A stretch of DNA of 64,000 bases from the human T2T-CHM13v2.0 reference genome, Homo sapiens. Under the pieces are notes generated by a model. The model saw nothing but the letters and a program-made list of their open reading frames with translations, was not told where the DNA came from and ran no database searches. Location of the stretch: NCBI RefSeq assembly GCF_009914755.1, contig NC_060947.1; one strand, written 5' to 3'. Of this stretch, positions 43,545-57,774 are shown in pieces (positions within the stretch are counted from its first letter, which is position 1; each line of letters starts with the position of its first letter). The position numbers were made by a program, and so were the translations under genes.

Positions 43545-44083
43545 TGTACTACTAATCTGTTGTTGCATTAATAATTACCCACCAAATCTCAGTAGTTTGA
43601 AATACCAAAATTTATTATCTCATAGTTTCTGTAGGTCAAGAATCTGGACATAGCTTACTTAGGTGTCTCTGGCTCAAGCCCTTCATCAGGTCATAATCAA
43701 ACTGTCTACCAGGAAAGCAGTCTCAACTGGAGGAGGATCTGTATCTGAGCTCACCCTTGTGGTTGTTTTCAAGATTCAGTTTCTCAAAAGTTAGAGGCCT
43801 CAGGCCCTCTCTGGATATCTACCTCAGTTCCTTCCTGGGCCTCTCCATAGGATAATTCACAACATTGTAGCTGGCTTCCTTCAGAGAAAGTAAACAAGAG
43901 AGGTAGAAAGAGCAACTACCCAAGACAGAAGACACCATCTTCTTATAATCTAATCTAGCTACTGGATCCCTTTAATTCTGACATGTTCTATTTGTTAGAA
44001 GAAAGTCATTAAGTTCAGCTTATATTGAAAGGGAGAGGATTACACAAGACCAGGTGTTGGGGATTTGGGGAGGGTTATCTTTG
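43545..44083 (-). mobile_element. MLT1 (E/F-like) solo LTR; last ~15 bp displaced to 47803-47817 by L1 insertion
   Basis: 'tttattatctcatagtttctgtaggtcaagaatctgg...gggcctctccatagg...agctggcttcc'. Confidence 0.75.
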
Positions 44084-47000
44084 TTTTTGTTTTGTTTTCT
44101 AATTTATTTTTTATTTTTTAAAAATTTTTGTTTGTACATTGTAGGTGTATATATTTACAGGCTACATGAGATGTTTTGATATAGTCATGCAATGTAAAAT
44201 AAGCATATCATGGGGAATGGGGTATCCATTCCCTCAAGCATTTATCCTCTGAGTTACAAACAATCCAATTACATTATTTAATATACAATGAAGTTATTAT
44301 AGACTATAGTCACCCTATTGTGCTATCAAATGGCAGGTCTTATTCATTCTTTCTACATTTTTTGTACCAATTAACCATCCCCACCTCCCCCGCAACTTTC
44401 TACTACCCTTCCCAGCCTCTGGTAACCATCTTCTACTCCCTATGTCCATGAGTTCAATTGATTTGATTTTTATATCCCACAAATAAGTGAGAACACGTGA
44501 GGTTTGTTTCCCTGTGCCTGGCTCATTTCACTTAATATAATGATCTCCAGTTCTACCCATGTTGTTGCAAATGGCTGGATCTCATCCCTTCTTATGGCTG
44601 AATAGTACTCCATTGTGTATACATACCACATTTTTTCCATTCATCTTTTGATGAACACTTAGGTTGCTTCCAAATCTTAGCTATTGTAAACAGTGTTGCA
44701 ACAATCATAGAAGTGCAGATACCACTTTAATATATTTATTTCCTTTTTGGGGGATATATACCCAGCAGTGGGATTGCTGGATCATATGGTAGCTCAATTT
44801 TTAGCTTTTTGAGGAACATCCAAACTGTTCTCCATAGTGGCTGTACTAATTTACATTCCCATCAAAAGTGTACCAGGGTTACCTTTTCTCCACATACTCA
44901 CCGGCATTTGTCATCCCCTGTTTTTTAGTTATAAGCCATTTTAACTGTGGTGAAATGACATCTCATTGTAGTTTTGAATTGCATTTCTCTGATGATCAGT
45001 GATGTTGAGCACCTTTTTATATGCCTGTTTGCCATTCGTATGCCTTCCTTTGAGAAATGTTTATTTAAATTATTTGCCCATCTTTTGATCACAGTATTAG
45101 ATTTTTTTCCTACAGAATTGTTTGAGATCCTTATATATTCTGGTCATTAATTCCTTGGGAGAAGGGTAGTTTGCAAATGTTCTCTCCCATTCCGTGGGCT
45201 GTCTCTTCACTTTATTGATTGTATCCTTTGCTGTGTAGAAGCTTTTTAACTTGATAATGATCCCATTTGTCCATGTTTCCTTTGGTTGCCTGTGCTAGTA
45301 GGGTTTGCTCAAGAAGTCTTTGCCCAGACCAATGTCCTGGAGATTTTCCCCAATGTTTTCTTGTAGTATTTTCATAGTTTGAGGTCTTACATTTCAGTCT
45401 TTAATCCATTTTGGTTTGATTTTTGTATATGGTAAGAGATAAGGGTCTAGTTTCATTCTTTTGGCTATGGATATCCAGTTTTCCCAGCACCATTTGTTGG
45501 AGAGACTGCCTTTTCCCCAGCGTATGTTCTTGACACCTTTGTCAAAAATGAGTTTACTGTAGGTGTTTGTATTTGTTTCTGGGTTCTCTGTTCTGTTCCA
45601 TTGGTCTATGTGTCTGCTTTTATGCCAGTGCCATGTCGTTTTGCTTACTGATACCTCTGTAGCATAATTTGAAGTTAAGTAATGTGATTCCTCCCGTTTT
45701 GTTCTTTTTGCTTGGGATAGCTTTGGCTATTCTGGGTCTTTTTGTGGTTCTACATAAATTTTAGCATTGTTTTTTCTATTTCTGTGAAGAATGTCATTGG
45801 TATTTTGATAGAGATTGCACTGAATCTGTAGATTGCTTTGGGTATGATGGACATTTTAACAATGCTGATTTTTGCAATTCATGAACGTGAAATATTTTTC
45901 CATTTGTTGGTGTCCTCTTCAATTTCCTTCATCAATGTTTTATAGTTTTTATTATAGAGCTCTTTCACTTCTTTGGTTAATTCCTAGGTATTTAGTTTTA
46001 TGTGTGGCTATTCTAAGTGGGATTAGTTTTTTATTTCTTTTGCAAACTGTTCACTGTTGGCATATAGAAATGCTACTTTTTTATGTTGATTTAGTATCCT
46101 GCAACTTTACCGAATTTATCAGTTCTAATAGTTTTTTTGGTGGAGTCTCTAAGTTTTTCCAAATATAAGATCATACCATTAGCAAACAAGGATAATTTGA
46201 CTTCTTCCTTTCCGATTTGGATGCCCTTTATATCTTTCTCTTGTCTGACTGCTGTATTGTGGACTTCCAGTATTATTTTGAATATCAGGGGTGTCAGTGG
46301 GCATCCTTGTCATGTTCCATATCTTACAGGAAAGGCTTTCACTTTTTCCCCATTCATTATGATGCTAGCTGTGTGTCTGTCATATATGGCTTTTATTATG
46401 TTGAGGTATGTTCCTTCTATACCCAGTTTTTTTCAGGGTTTTCATCATCAAAGGATGTTGAATTTTATCAAATGCCTTTTCAACACCAATTGAAATAATC
46501 ACGTGGTTTTTATCTTTCATTCTGTTGATACGGTGTATCATGTTGTTTGATTTGCATATGTTGAATCGTCCTTGTATCCCTGGGAAAAATTCCACATGGT
46601 CATGATGAATAATGTTTCTTATGTATTGTTAAATTTGGTTTACTAGTATTTTGTTGAGGATTTTTGCATCAATATTCATCAGAGATACTGACCTGTAGCT
46701 TTCTTGTTTTTAATATGTCTTTATTTGGTTTTGGTATCAGGATGATACTGACCTCATATAATGAGGTTGGAAGTATTCCCTCCTCCTGTGTTTTTCAAAA
46801 TAATTTGAGTAGTATTGTTATTATTGGTTGTTCTTTAAATGTTTGGTATCAGTGAAGCCATTGGGTCCTGGGCTTTTCTTTACTGGGAGACTTATGACAG
46901 TTTTGATCTTGTTATTTGTTATGGTCTGCTCAGGTTTTAGAATTCTTCCTGGTTCAATCTAGTTAATTTTATGTATCTAGGAATTTACCCATTGCTTCTA

Positions 47001-47788
47001 GATTTTTCAATTTATTGGCATATCGTTGCTCATAGTAGCCACTAATGATCCTGAGGATTTCTGCAGTATCAGTTGTAAAGTCTCCTTTTCCTTTTCTGAT
47101 TATATTTATTTGGATCCTCTCTTTTTTATTAGTCTAGCTAAAGGTTTGTCAATTTTGTTTAAGTGTTTTAAAAATCCAAATTTTTGTTTCATTGATCTTT
47201 TATGTTGTTTTCTTCATTTCAATTTTATTTATTTCTGTTCTGATCCTTATGATTTTTTTCTTCCACTAATTTTTGGTATGGTTTGCTATTGCCCTTTTAG
47301 TTCTTTAAATGCATCATTAGATTGTTTGTTTGAAGTTTTTCCACTTTTTTTGATGTAGACACATCTATAAACTTCCCTCTTAGTACTGCTTTTGCTGTAT
47401 CCCACAGGTTTTGTTATATTGTGTTTCAATTATCATTTATTTCAATACACTTTTCAATTTCCTTCTTAATTTCTTTATTGGTCCATTGGTTATTCAGGAG
47501 CCTATTGTTTAATTTCCATGTATTTATATAGCTTCCAAAATTCCTTTTGTTTTTAATTTCTAGTTTTATACCATTGTGGTCAGAGAAGATGTTTGATATT
47601 ATTTCAAGTTTTTTGAATGTTTTAAGACTTGTTTTGTTACCTAACATATGGTCTATCCTTGAGAATGATCCAAGTGCTGAGGAAAAGAATGTGTACTCTA
47701 CAGTTCTTGGATAGAATGTTCTGTAAATATCTATTAGATTTATTTGGTCTATAGTGCAGATTAAGTCCAATATTTCTTTGCTGATTTC
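44084..47788 (-). mobile_element. L1MA1/L1MA2-like, 5'-truncated (~3.7 kb), with TSD
   Basis: Reversed 3'UTR 'gggaatggggtatccattccctcaagcatttatcc'; minus ORF 47426-47797 carries endonuclease SRIDH/SDH; TSD gagggt(t/c)atctttg at 44070-44083 / 47789-47802. Confidence 0.92.
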
Positions 47789-47994
47789 GAGGGTCATCTT
47801 TGAAGCTGCCTTGCATAGTCACTAACATCATCTAAAGGCAGGACACTCTGAATTTAGCCTGCTAGAAAATCATTGGTCTGGCTTGTCCTCAGGTGCTAGA
47901 GTACCTGTGCTATTGAATTCAGAAGAAACTCTTGTACTGAGATTGAGACACTAAATCTAATAATACAAGCTACATTACAATTTTACTTGGACCT

Positions 47995-49488
47995 CTATTT
48001 TCATTATTTGGGGGTACAGGTGGTTTTTGGTTACATGGATAAGTTCTTTAGAGGTGATTTCTGGAATTTTGGTGTACCTGTCACCTGAGTAGTGTACACA
48101 GTACCCAATATGTACTGTTTTGTCTCTCATATATATGTTATATATGTGAATACATATATCACATTTTCTTTACTCGTTGGTTGACAGGCACTTAGGTTGG
48201 TTCCATATTTTTGCAATTGTGAATTGTGCTGCTACAAACATGCATGGGCATGTGTCTTTTTCATACAATGACTTCTTTTCCTTTGGGTACATACCCCGTA
48301 GTGGGATTGCTAAATCAAAAGGTAGTTCTACTTTTAATTCTTTAAGGAATCTCCATACTGTTTTCCATAGTGGTTGTACTAGTTTACATTCCAACCAGCA
48401 GTGTAAAAGCATTCCCTATACACCACATCCATGCCAACATCTATTATTTTTTTTTTAAATTATGACCATTGTTGCAGGAGTAAGATGGTACCTCAATGTG
48501 GTTTGATTTGCATTTCCCTGATAACTAGTCATGTTGAGCATTTTTTCATGTTTGTTGGCTGTATATTCTCTTTTAAGAAATGTCTATTCATGTCCTTTGC
48601 CCACTTTTTGATGAGATTATTTGTTTTTCTCTTGCTCTATTTGAGTTCCTTGTCGATTCTGGATATTAGTCCTTTGACAGATGCATAGTTTGCTAATATT
48701 TTCTCCCGCTCTGTGGGTTGTCTGTTTCCTCTGCTGATAATTTCCTTTGCTGTGCAGAAGCTTTTTACTTTAATTAGATTCCATTTATTTATTTTTGGTT
48801 TTTGTTGTATTTGCTTTGGGGGTCTTAGTCATGAATTATTTGCATAAGCCAATGTCTAGAAGAGTTTTTCCTATGTTATCTTCTACAATTTTTATGGTTT
48901 CAGGTCTAATATTTAAGTCTTTGATCCATCTTCAGTTGATCTTTGGATAAGGTGAGAGACGAGAATCCAGTTTCATTCTTCTACATGTGTCTTGCCAGTT
49001 TTTCCAGCACCATTTATTGAATAGGGTGTCCTTTCCCCAATTTATGTTTGTGTATGCTTTGTCAAAGATCAATTGGCTGTAAGTATTTGGTTCTATTTCT
49101 GGATTCTCTATTCTATTTCATTGGTCTATGTGCCTATTTTATATGAACACCATGCTGTTTTGGTAACTATAGCCTTGTAGTATAATTTGAAGTTGGATAA
49201 TGTGATGCCTCCAAATTTGCTCTTTTTGCTTAGTATTGCTTTGGATACGCAGGCTCTTTTATGGTTCTATATAAATTTTAGGATTGTTTGTTATAGTTCT
49301 GTGAAAAATGATGATGGCATTTTAATGGAAATTGTACTGAATCTATAGATTGCTTTGGACAGTCTGGTCATTTTCACAATATTGATTCTACTCATCCATG
49401 AGCATGGGATGTGTTTCCATTTGTTTGTGTCATATATTATTTCTTTTAGCTGTGTTTTGTAGTTTTCCTTACACAGATTTTTCACCTG
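47995..49488 (-). mobile_element. L1PB1/2-like 3' fragment
   Basis: 'gggggtacaggtggtttttggttacatggataagttcttta' is a reversed L1PB 3' end; minus ORFs [16 protein letters not shown] and [16 protein letters not shown]. Confidence 0.88.
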
Positions 49489-51029
49489 CCAGGGAGGCTT
49501 TTAAAACATGCTATAAAACTTCTTTTTTATAAAAAAGAATAAAACTTCATTCTTTCCTTACCCTGTCATCATTTCTGTCTCATTATCCAAAAGACATCTC
49601 TTGACACAGCTCCAGGCAGACTTTCCTAAGTAATCTTGCCTGGCACAAGGAGGTCTTCTTGCCTGAGACCCAAGTCAGTTGTTTTAGGACACACATATGG
49701 GCAAATAATAGTAGGATATATGTGGAATTTGGAATAGACAAGGTTGATGACACCTTCTCCCTGCCTCAAGTAGGGGCAGGTACAACCACAGGCCTCTAAG
49801 CATGTATTATATATAATCAACACATGTGGAAACAGAGCTACATTCACTGGCAAAAAGAGTCAAATGGGGTGGGTTCTCCTTCAAACCAGTGCTTACTCCA
49901 GTATTTCCTGCTAATTGCTTTCAATATTATCAACTTTCTGGACTCTGGGCCTGCATGGATCTCCTTAACTCTTCTTTCCCATCTTAGTTGGGCTAATACG
50001 TATTGACCTCTGACCTGCTTAGACTAATAGTAGCTGCCTGACACTGCTTGCTGCCTTTTGTTAACTAAATTTGCCTATTAGCAAATTAAATTTGATTTTT
50101 CTTAACCAGTTCTTCCTCCAAAATACAACAGTTTGCTGATCCTACTTTGTCTAAGCAAACCACAAATCCTGGTTTCTCCTGTCCATCCTCTGTCCTGCTG
50201 CCACTAGTCCATATTGTAAAAATTACCCTCTTTCACTCTAAGGAAATTCACTGCCTCTATCAGGAAATCAGTGCCTTTGGGCACAGACCCCTTCACCCCT
50301 TCTCACAACCTTACCCAAACCTGTTCTGCCTAGGCTTTGTATGAAACAAACATGTTATTTCTAATTCTCTACATGTACCATCAGCTTTACGTGTTCCCTA
50401 GTTAGTGCCCTCAGTGCTCTCTCTCCACCTGACAAACTAATTCATGCTGAGCTATTGATCACTGGGAATATCTTGATGATTTACACTATACAAAAAAGTA
50501 TCCCCACTTTATTTACCAAAGATAAATATGCCAGTGCACGAAGTGAATTTCTGGCCCTCTGGCAATATAGTGGGAATTTTACTTGGGATATAAAGACATA
50601 ATTGGGGTGTCCTTTAAGTCACTAAAGGTGGCCTTCTGCTTCACCTACACAAAGGGCCAGCCCTTCGCATGACATCTAAGCTGAAACGAAGTTGTTCTAT
50701 AAAAGCATTGTATCACATTAACCTGCTGACAGAGGTCTAAATATTTGGACATATCTTTGGAAACCCAGGAGTCTCTCTAAAAAGCGTTTGCTTTTTTAAA
50801 AAAATAAGTGGACAATATCTTAACAAATGGGAAAGTGCACAACTTTTCCTATTGCCCACACTAGTATCTTCTGACTGGTTTCTCCTTTAGACCTTTGAAA
50901 ACATAATTATGGCCAGATTATCAAGTTCCTATAGAATTTAAGATTACCCAAACGAATCTTAAATATTCCATCATCTCCATGAAAAAATGGAAAGAAAACT
51001 CAAGTACCATTTTTATATAGCATTGTTTC

Positions 51030-51118
51030 CAAGGCATAGTGTGTTCCAAGTTACAAAAAATTGCTTGATAAATGAACTTTTGGAAGTCAACCCATTTGCA
51101 AGTTAGGAACTGCCTATG
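51030..51118 (+). mobile_element. Possible Tigger15-like DNA transposon terminus
   Basis: 'acttttggaagtcaacccatttgcaagttaggaactgcctatg' resembles a recalled Tigger15a end. Confidence 0.4.
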
Positions 51119-51579
51119 TTATGCAAGTGGCAGTTTCCCAGCTTTTTAAACACTTAGCTGGAGAAGATCTTGAGATTCTTTGCTAATCAGAAGAAATCTA
51201 AATCTTTCCCATGGTTATATTTATCTCTTCTTTCCAACATGTAGTGAGAGACATAGACCACCATCTCCCATACTGGGTTATAAGTGTGCTTTGGTGCATT
51301 ACAAAAATATCCTTGGTAAGTAAAGGCATTTTTGAGATGTCAAATTTTCTCTTGCCTTCCACATATTCACACTTTCCCAGGGTCCCCCTAAATAAATAAA
51401 ATCTACCTGGAAACTTCAAACAAATGGCAATATTAATGGCATTCCCTTTCAAGCAAGGGGAAGAAACAAAACCAAAACCTAGATTAAAGGTTTAGTCAGA
51501 GACTATTCATGAGGATGTCAATACCACACAAATTAATCTCCATCTCCTGTATCGACACTTGCAGGAAAGAGACTGATTT

Positions 51580-52295
51580 TCTTAGCCTTGCTTACACGGC
51601 CCTTCACAATCAGGCCCTAGCTTAATTTTCTAGGCTCTCCTCTCTTTCTTCCTACACCAGTCAGATGTTCCCTTCCTTGGTCCCTAAATATCAGTGCCTG
51701 TGTGTCTTTGCTTGCATCATCTCCCCTGCCTGATTGTGTCAGACTGCTTCTCTTCACTAACAAGAGGAAACCTATTATATTGTAAGAAGAATGGTTTCCG
51801 GAGTCAGAAAAGCCTAGAGTTCAGATCCAGGCTCTGCCATTTAACAGTCATGTGCCTTTAGGCAATGTTGCTTAGTTTTAAACCTCAATACCTTCACCTG
51901 AAAAGTGAAAATATTAATGTTGCCTACTTCGTAGAAATATTACAAGGGTTAAATGAAATAATGCATGTAAGGCACCTAGCCAATACTAGATTTCCAATAA
52001 TTGGGGTTTATTATTCTTATGATGATCATCCTTTTTCATTTTCTAAGTCATAGCTCATAACTCAACTTCCATCACAGCCCATGAAGATAGATCCACTTTT
52101 TCTGAACTCTAATATTTATAGCATATATATCACATGTTTAGCACTTTAATATTGCTCATTTTATTTGTAGATAAAAATATTTTATGTTCCCAACTACACT
52201 GAAAGCTCATGTAGGGCTAGGACTATGTCAATCTCTGTATTCTCCCAGATAATGTTTGGTACAGAAGGAGAACTCTCAAAACATTTGTTGATTGT
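51580..52295 (+). mobile_element. L2 3' region interrupted by MIR (~51775-52020)
   Basis: L2-like 'cttagccttgcttacacggcccttcacaatcaggccc' and end 'aaaacatttgttgattg'; MIR 'ggagtcagaaaagcctagagttcagatcc...gtaaggcacctagc'. Confidence 0.65.
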
Positions 52296-52394
52296 CTAGG
52301 ATTATAGATGCAGAATCAGTAATCACTTATTCACGGTGATGACATAAGGATTGAAAGGTAACAAAATTATATAATAAATAATGTTGCTTGCAGC

Positions 52395-52665
52395 TATCAT
52401 TTTATTGAACACTTACTATTATTAAATACAATATGTAATGAGTGCTTACTATATGGGAGACACTCTGCCAGACACTTGACAAATATTGGGGCATTTCATC
52501 ATCACAGCAGCACAGTGAGGTACGTATTACCAGCTTTATTTCACAGATGGGGAAACTGAGTCTCAGAGAGATTGTGTAAATTTTTCAGGGTCACATCATA
52601 AAGTGGAGGAGCCAAGATTCAAACCTAGATCATTTTACTCTGGATTTTGAGTTCTTCACCAACAA
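52395..52665 (-). mobile_element. MIR
   Basis: 'gagtgcttactatatgggagacactctgcc...ttcacagatggggaaactgagtctcagagag'. Confidence 0.8.
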
Positions 52666-54599
52666 GTATACTAGGGACATAGAATGTCATAAGGACCTTG
52701 CAAATTGCCAAAGGTAAGGTCACTGTCGGTAACCAGACTTCACCTTTCTAAGATGGAAATGTGTACATATTAGGAAGATTTTCAGCATTCATTTTCGAAA
52801 AGAACAAGTAAATTCTAGACCAGACCATCCTTATACTCATCCAGTGCGTGTAATTCCTGATCATTCTTGAATTGAGGATTTAATCTCTACGGGGGGAAAA
52901 AGGAGGGTGATCAAGGGGAGGCAGATAGATGGGCAGATGGCTGGGGGAGTGGATGGCCATGTGGGAGAGTACAAGGACTGTTGCCTGCTGTGTCACAGGA
53001 AGGCTCAATGTCCATCAAGGGAAGAAAACGATTGAGAAATGCTTAACAGTGCAACACACCAAATGGAATAAGAGCCTATTCATCCACTTGGAGCAAGAAA
53101 AAAGTAACAGTGCCCACTGCCTGTGTGGGTGTTTTTGGCCTTTTCCAGCAAGGTGTATGTTTAAAAAAAGATTAGTACAATAGGGCACGAACAGTCCTAT
53201 TGAAAACAGCCGCCTGCATAGACTTGGCAGATTTGTACTGTGGAACAGTTCCGTCTGACATTTAAAATGTGGCAAAACTACTTAAATTCAATTTAAAAAT
53301 AAATTTTCTATAGCCCCTTATTTTCTTCTTATAAGCATAAGTTCAATGAAGACAGCATCATGAGCTTTACATGATGCCCTTCAGAATAAATGCTTGCCAA
53401 AGACAAGAATATGTGGCACTAAGTGATGACAAGCTGATTAGGCTGCAATGATTCCCAGGCTCATACCCAAGAAGGCTGCTCCCTCAAGAAAGAAAAGTTT
53501 TAGGAGCAATTTGGATTGGGATTTAGAGCTGGGATGCAGCTCAAAACCACTGCAACCAAGTTCACGAAAGGAACATAAGATCTCTCTGGAAAAGGGTGAT
53601 TCATTTTAATCAACAAATAGCAGAGTAAAGGGAACAATAAGTGACATTTTCTGTAGTGTCACTGAGAGACCAGTGATAGGGCTGCAATCTGATTTGTGAA
53701 AAGTAGTTGTATTTGGTAAGAAGGGTTGCAAAACTCAGGTTAAATAGGTTACATAGCATTGCTACCGGCTTATTCTTGTTCTGAAGGGTAAAGATTCAAA
53801 ATGCTTCTTGAGGACCTGAATAGACAGACTTCTTTCTCTCCAGTGACATACTTGCTCAAAATCATCTGTCCACATCTTCCAATTTATTCTCTTGCTTTCT
53901 TCTTTAGGTCTTCTGCTTAAAATCATTGCCAGGAGCTAGAGAACATATGATCACTATATAATAAAAGCTTCCTTATTTTGAGCCTTTCAGAGGGAAATTC
54001 TGCCCTTCTTATCAAGCTTCTGCCCCTGTCTGCCCCATTAACAACACCTCCACAAGAGAAGGGGAGTTGGTACGCTTATCAAAGCCTGAAACACAGAATG
54101 TGAATGTTGAACACTGGGTATAGGTTTATTTCCAGAACCCATTCATGACACTCTCTCATTTGTACTTCTATAAAGGATCTCTATCATTGGTGCAGACTCA
54201 GTCATCCTCTACTTCCATACCTTCTTCCACTTACTTTCTCCCCTCAGGAACAAACCTGGCATTCTTTTTGTCTTCTCTATGTGCCAGTCTATGTAGCTGG
54301 TTGGATCAATGGACAGAGGGCCCTTCTTGAGATTTGGCTTCCTCCCTTCTCTCCCAGCTACCTTCTGTCCCAAACAGCCACACCTGAGTACACAGGTTCC
54401 AAGATTAGGAGTGTAGAAATGAGTAAAGCCTCCATTAAGCCTCCAACTCAGTTTTCTTCAAAAACCCTATGTTGTTTATTATTGAGTACTGGCTCAGCTA
54501 TTAAGTATTAATTAGATTACCATTTTGTTATTGTACACATAGCTTCCTTGACACGGAACCCTGCAAGAAGGAAGTCACTGAGAAGGTGGGAACAAAAAG

Positions 54600-54920
54600 C
54601 TTCAATGACTGGTGTCTTCATTAGGACACAGACACAGATGCACACAGAAGGAAGATGGCCATGTCAAGATGGAGGCAGAGATTGGAGTGATGCAGCCACA
54701 AACCAATAGACACCAAGCATTGCCAGCACCCACCAGAAACTAGATAGAACGTAATGAAACAGACCCTCCCTCAGAGCCCCCAGCCCCCAGAAATAGACAA
54801 TTCTGAGGACATCTTGATTTCAGACTTCCATCCTCCTGTACTGTGAAATAATTGATTTCTGTTGTTTTGAGCCATCCAGCTTATAGTACTTTGTACAGCA
54901 GCCCTAAGGAAACCAATACA
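54600..54920 (+). mobile_element. MLT1 (B/C-like) LTR, 3' part
   Basis: 'gatggaggcagagattggagtgatgcagccaca...ttgatttcagacttcc...gcagccctaaggaaaccaataca'. Confidence 0.85.
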
Positions 54921-55647
54921 GCATTCACAATGTGAAAGTTGTACATTTCTCAGGCAATGTAATGAGGTCCATTTCAGACATGTTGAATCTGAAATGAAGT
55001 GATGTCCTGAAAGCGCCTGGACCTGGGTTACTGAAGAAAGGGTGCAAAGGTCGAGGTGAGGAGGCAGACACTGGAACTTGTCAGAGGAGAGATGGGGACT
55101 TAGAAAAACTTGGATGTGAATAGAATTAGATACATAGGGTAAAAATTGTAAAGCATGGGATGATCATCTGAAGGTTTGGGTGTTTTCTTTTAAATAGCAT
55201 GGTCTATAATACCATTCTGAGCTGATCGAAACCCTACCTATGACTCGCGTTCTGAAATTAGAAATATATCTTGTCTCAATTACTAAAATAGACCCCTATA
55301 TTTCCCTTTCGCCTCCATTTTCACCTTTCTCTTATCCATCCTTCTCGGTATAGCTAGAGTAAACTTCCTAATTAGAAAATCCTTTTATGTTACTCTTACC
55401 TTAAAATGATTTATTTATCCATTTATCCTCAGCATGATTTCTAAAACTCTTGCTAATATGACCCTGGTCAATTTTAAATGAGTGTCTCTCAAAATTTGTG
55501 TTGACAAGAATCACTTGGCATGTTTGTCCTATCCCAGCAATAGATTCAGTAAGTCTGAGATGCCTGGAACCTATAATATCTGAAACATGTTCACAGACTC
55601 ATAAAATTTTAAAAGCTGAAATAAGCCTTAAAGATAATCTAAGTTCC

Positions 55648-55780
55648 AGCTGGGCACTGTGGTGTGTGCCTGTAGTCCCAGCTACTCAGGAGCCTGAGGT
55701 GGGGGGATCACTTGAGCCCAGGAATTTGAGGCCAGCCTGGGAAACAGTAAGACACCATCTCAAAAAACAAACAAACAAAA
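55648..55780 (+). mobile_element. Alu monomer (FLAM-like)
   Basis: 'agctgggcactgtggtgtgtgcctgtagtcccagctactcaggagcctgaggtgggg...gacaccatctcaaaaaacaaacaaac'. Confidence 0.88.
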
Positions 55781-55904
55781 CACCTTTCACACTCTATGTA
55801 GACATCCGCTCCATAGATTGTCTCACAGATAAGTCACCAGCCTCTGCATCTGATCTCACAGTTGAAAGGCTCTAAAAAGTCCAAATTTCATCCGATAAGA
55901 GGAA

Positions 55905-56395
55905 CATCCAGGGATGGTGACAAGAGCACTGGGTCTAGTCAGAGTTTAGGTGCTTTGTCATCTTGAGCAAATCACTTGATCTATCTGAGATTCAGTATAC
56001 TATTCTGTAGAAAGGCAGGAACGTGGAAGGCAGCATAGTGAAATAGTTAAAAGTATGAACTAGAGCCCAAATTGACAGGATTCAAATCAAACCTTGGCTC
56101 TGCTAGTTACTAGATGTGTGATCTTGGGCATGTTACTTAACCTTTCCATGCCTCAGGTTAGTCATCTGAAGGTGCACCTGATAATAAGAATAACTAACTC
56201 ATGGTGAAATGTAAATGAGTCTATTTATGCAATGTGCTTGACACATAGTAAGTACAATGTATCCGCTATTAATATCTTCTGTTAAATTGGGGTAAAATAC
56301 CTGCTGTAACTACCTAATAGAGTTGGTATAACAATAAAAATCACATAACATGATGTATGATAATGCGCTTAATAAAGTACCATATAAACATTATC
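55905..56395 (+). mobile_element. Two MIR copies (one nested at ~56025-56275)
   Basis: 'tcttgagcaaatcacttgatctatctgagattcag' and 'gtgtgatcttgggcatgttacttaacctttccatgcctcag'. Confidence 0.65.
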
Positions 56396-57259
56396 AGATT
56401 TAGTTGAAATCTGTTAGTTCTAAATCTAACCTCAGAATGCCCAGACTAAATTTTGTACTTTTTCTACATATCTGAAGACAGTTTATTTTGTACCATCAGG
56501 CTTAGCAACTTCAGTGTTTTCAACAATTTCTTATATTACATAGCTATGGCCTCTTAATTATCTTAGTCATATTTTTATAGATGTGTTTTCATTCATTCTA
56601 GTTTTAAATTTATCAAACATTTCATGGACACCAATCACATTTTAGGCACTATGCTACGCTCTGGTGATATAACCATGAATAAAACACAGTTCCTGCCTTC
56701 AAAAAAATGTCCAGTGGTCAAAACCCTTCTTAAAAGAATAACATCAGCAACGAATGTTACAAAAAGGAAACTGTCTGGTCCAACGCACTTCTCCTGTTCT
56801 GTTAATACATTTTTATGTATATAGCCCAAGGCTTCATTAGCATGGTTGATCAGTGTTGATTCATATTGGCCATATAACCTTTTTATATATAAGTCCTAGG
56901 TTATAACCCTCTAAGTCTTATAGATAAAAACTTCTATTAAACCAGATTGTCCACACCCTGCATTTGTTGATTTAAAACCTGACAGCTAGAACTTGAAATT
57001 TACACCTATTAAATGCCCAATTATTACTTCACCCCATTTTTCTAGAAGGAAACAAGTTTTTAAGATCTACAGAGTTGATAGGCATTTTATCTACATTTTT
57101 ACCCAATTAATTGATTAAAATGATGAAGAGAATATGATTAGAAACTTCCATTCTGATTGCCATAAATTCACTAATTAGTATGTTTGGACTGGAGTTATTC
57201 AATTAGTTAAGGAACCACATAACACTGTCACCATACAGCTCACATTCCAGGCACTCAAA

Positions 57260-57530
57260 TGATAACAGCAAACGTTTATTGAGCAATTACTAGATTTTGC
57301 TCTAAAGTCCTTAAACATTGTTCCAAATATTTTGCGTGTATAAACACATTTTACCTTCACAAGATTCATAAGAAATAGGTACTACATGGGTTTTGATTTT
57401 ATAGATCACACAACTGAGACACTAATAGATGAGCTCAATTGCCTGAGCTCTCACAACTAGTAAGTGATAGAGCTACGGGTTCAAATTCACAAGTCTAGTG
57501 CTACAGTCCACAAGCAATCACTATGATATG
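57260..57530 (-). mobile_element. MIR
   Basis: 'aacgtttattgagcaattac...ttttatagatcacacaactgagacac...ctagtaagtgatagagctacgggttcaaat'. Confidence 0.7.
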
Positions 57531-57774
57531 GGTTTATTTGTTATTGACCTAATGAAATGGGATTAATTTGTCGTAATCTTTGGTGAAGCCATACTGGTTC
57601 CTGGTGACTAACACTGCCGTTTCTTAGTACTTGCAACCTATTTCTTTATGAATTGTCTAGACTATTCCATTAAGGATTGATGTGAAGCTCACTAGTCTAT
57701 CATTTCTAGAATTTTATCCCTTCCTTTTTAAAAAATAAATTATGAGTACTTTTGTAATTGCATTCAGCCAGAGA

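Larger units (their letters stand above)
55598..57725 (-). mobile_element. L3/CR1 LINE relic, fragmented by younger SINE/L2 insertions
   Basis: 3' terminus-like 'tcataaaattttaaaagctgaaataagccttaaagataatc'; reversed CR1 RT-region landmarks 'ttattcaattagttaaggaaccac' and 'tggtgaagccatactggttcctggtga...gattgatgtgaagctcactagtctatcattt'. Confidence 0.6.
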
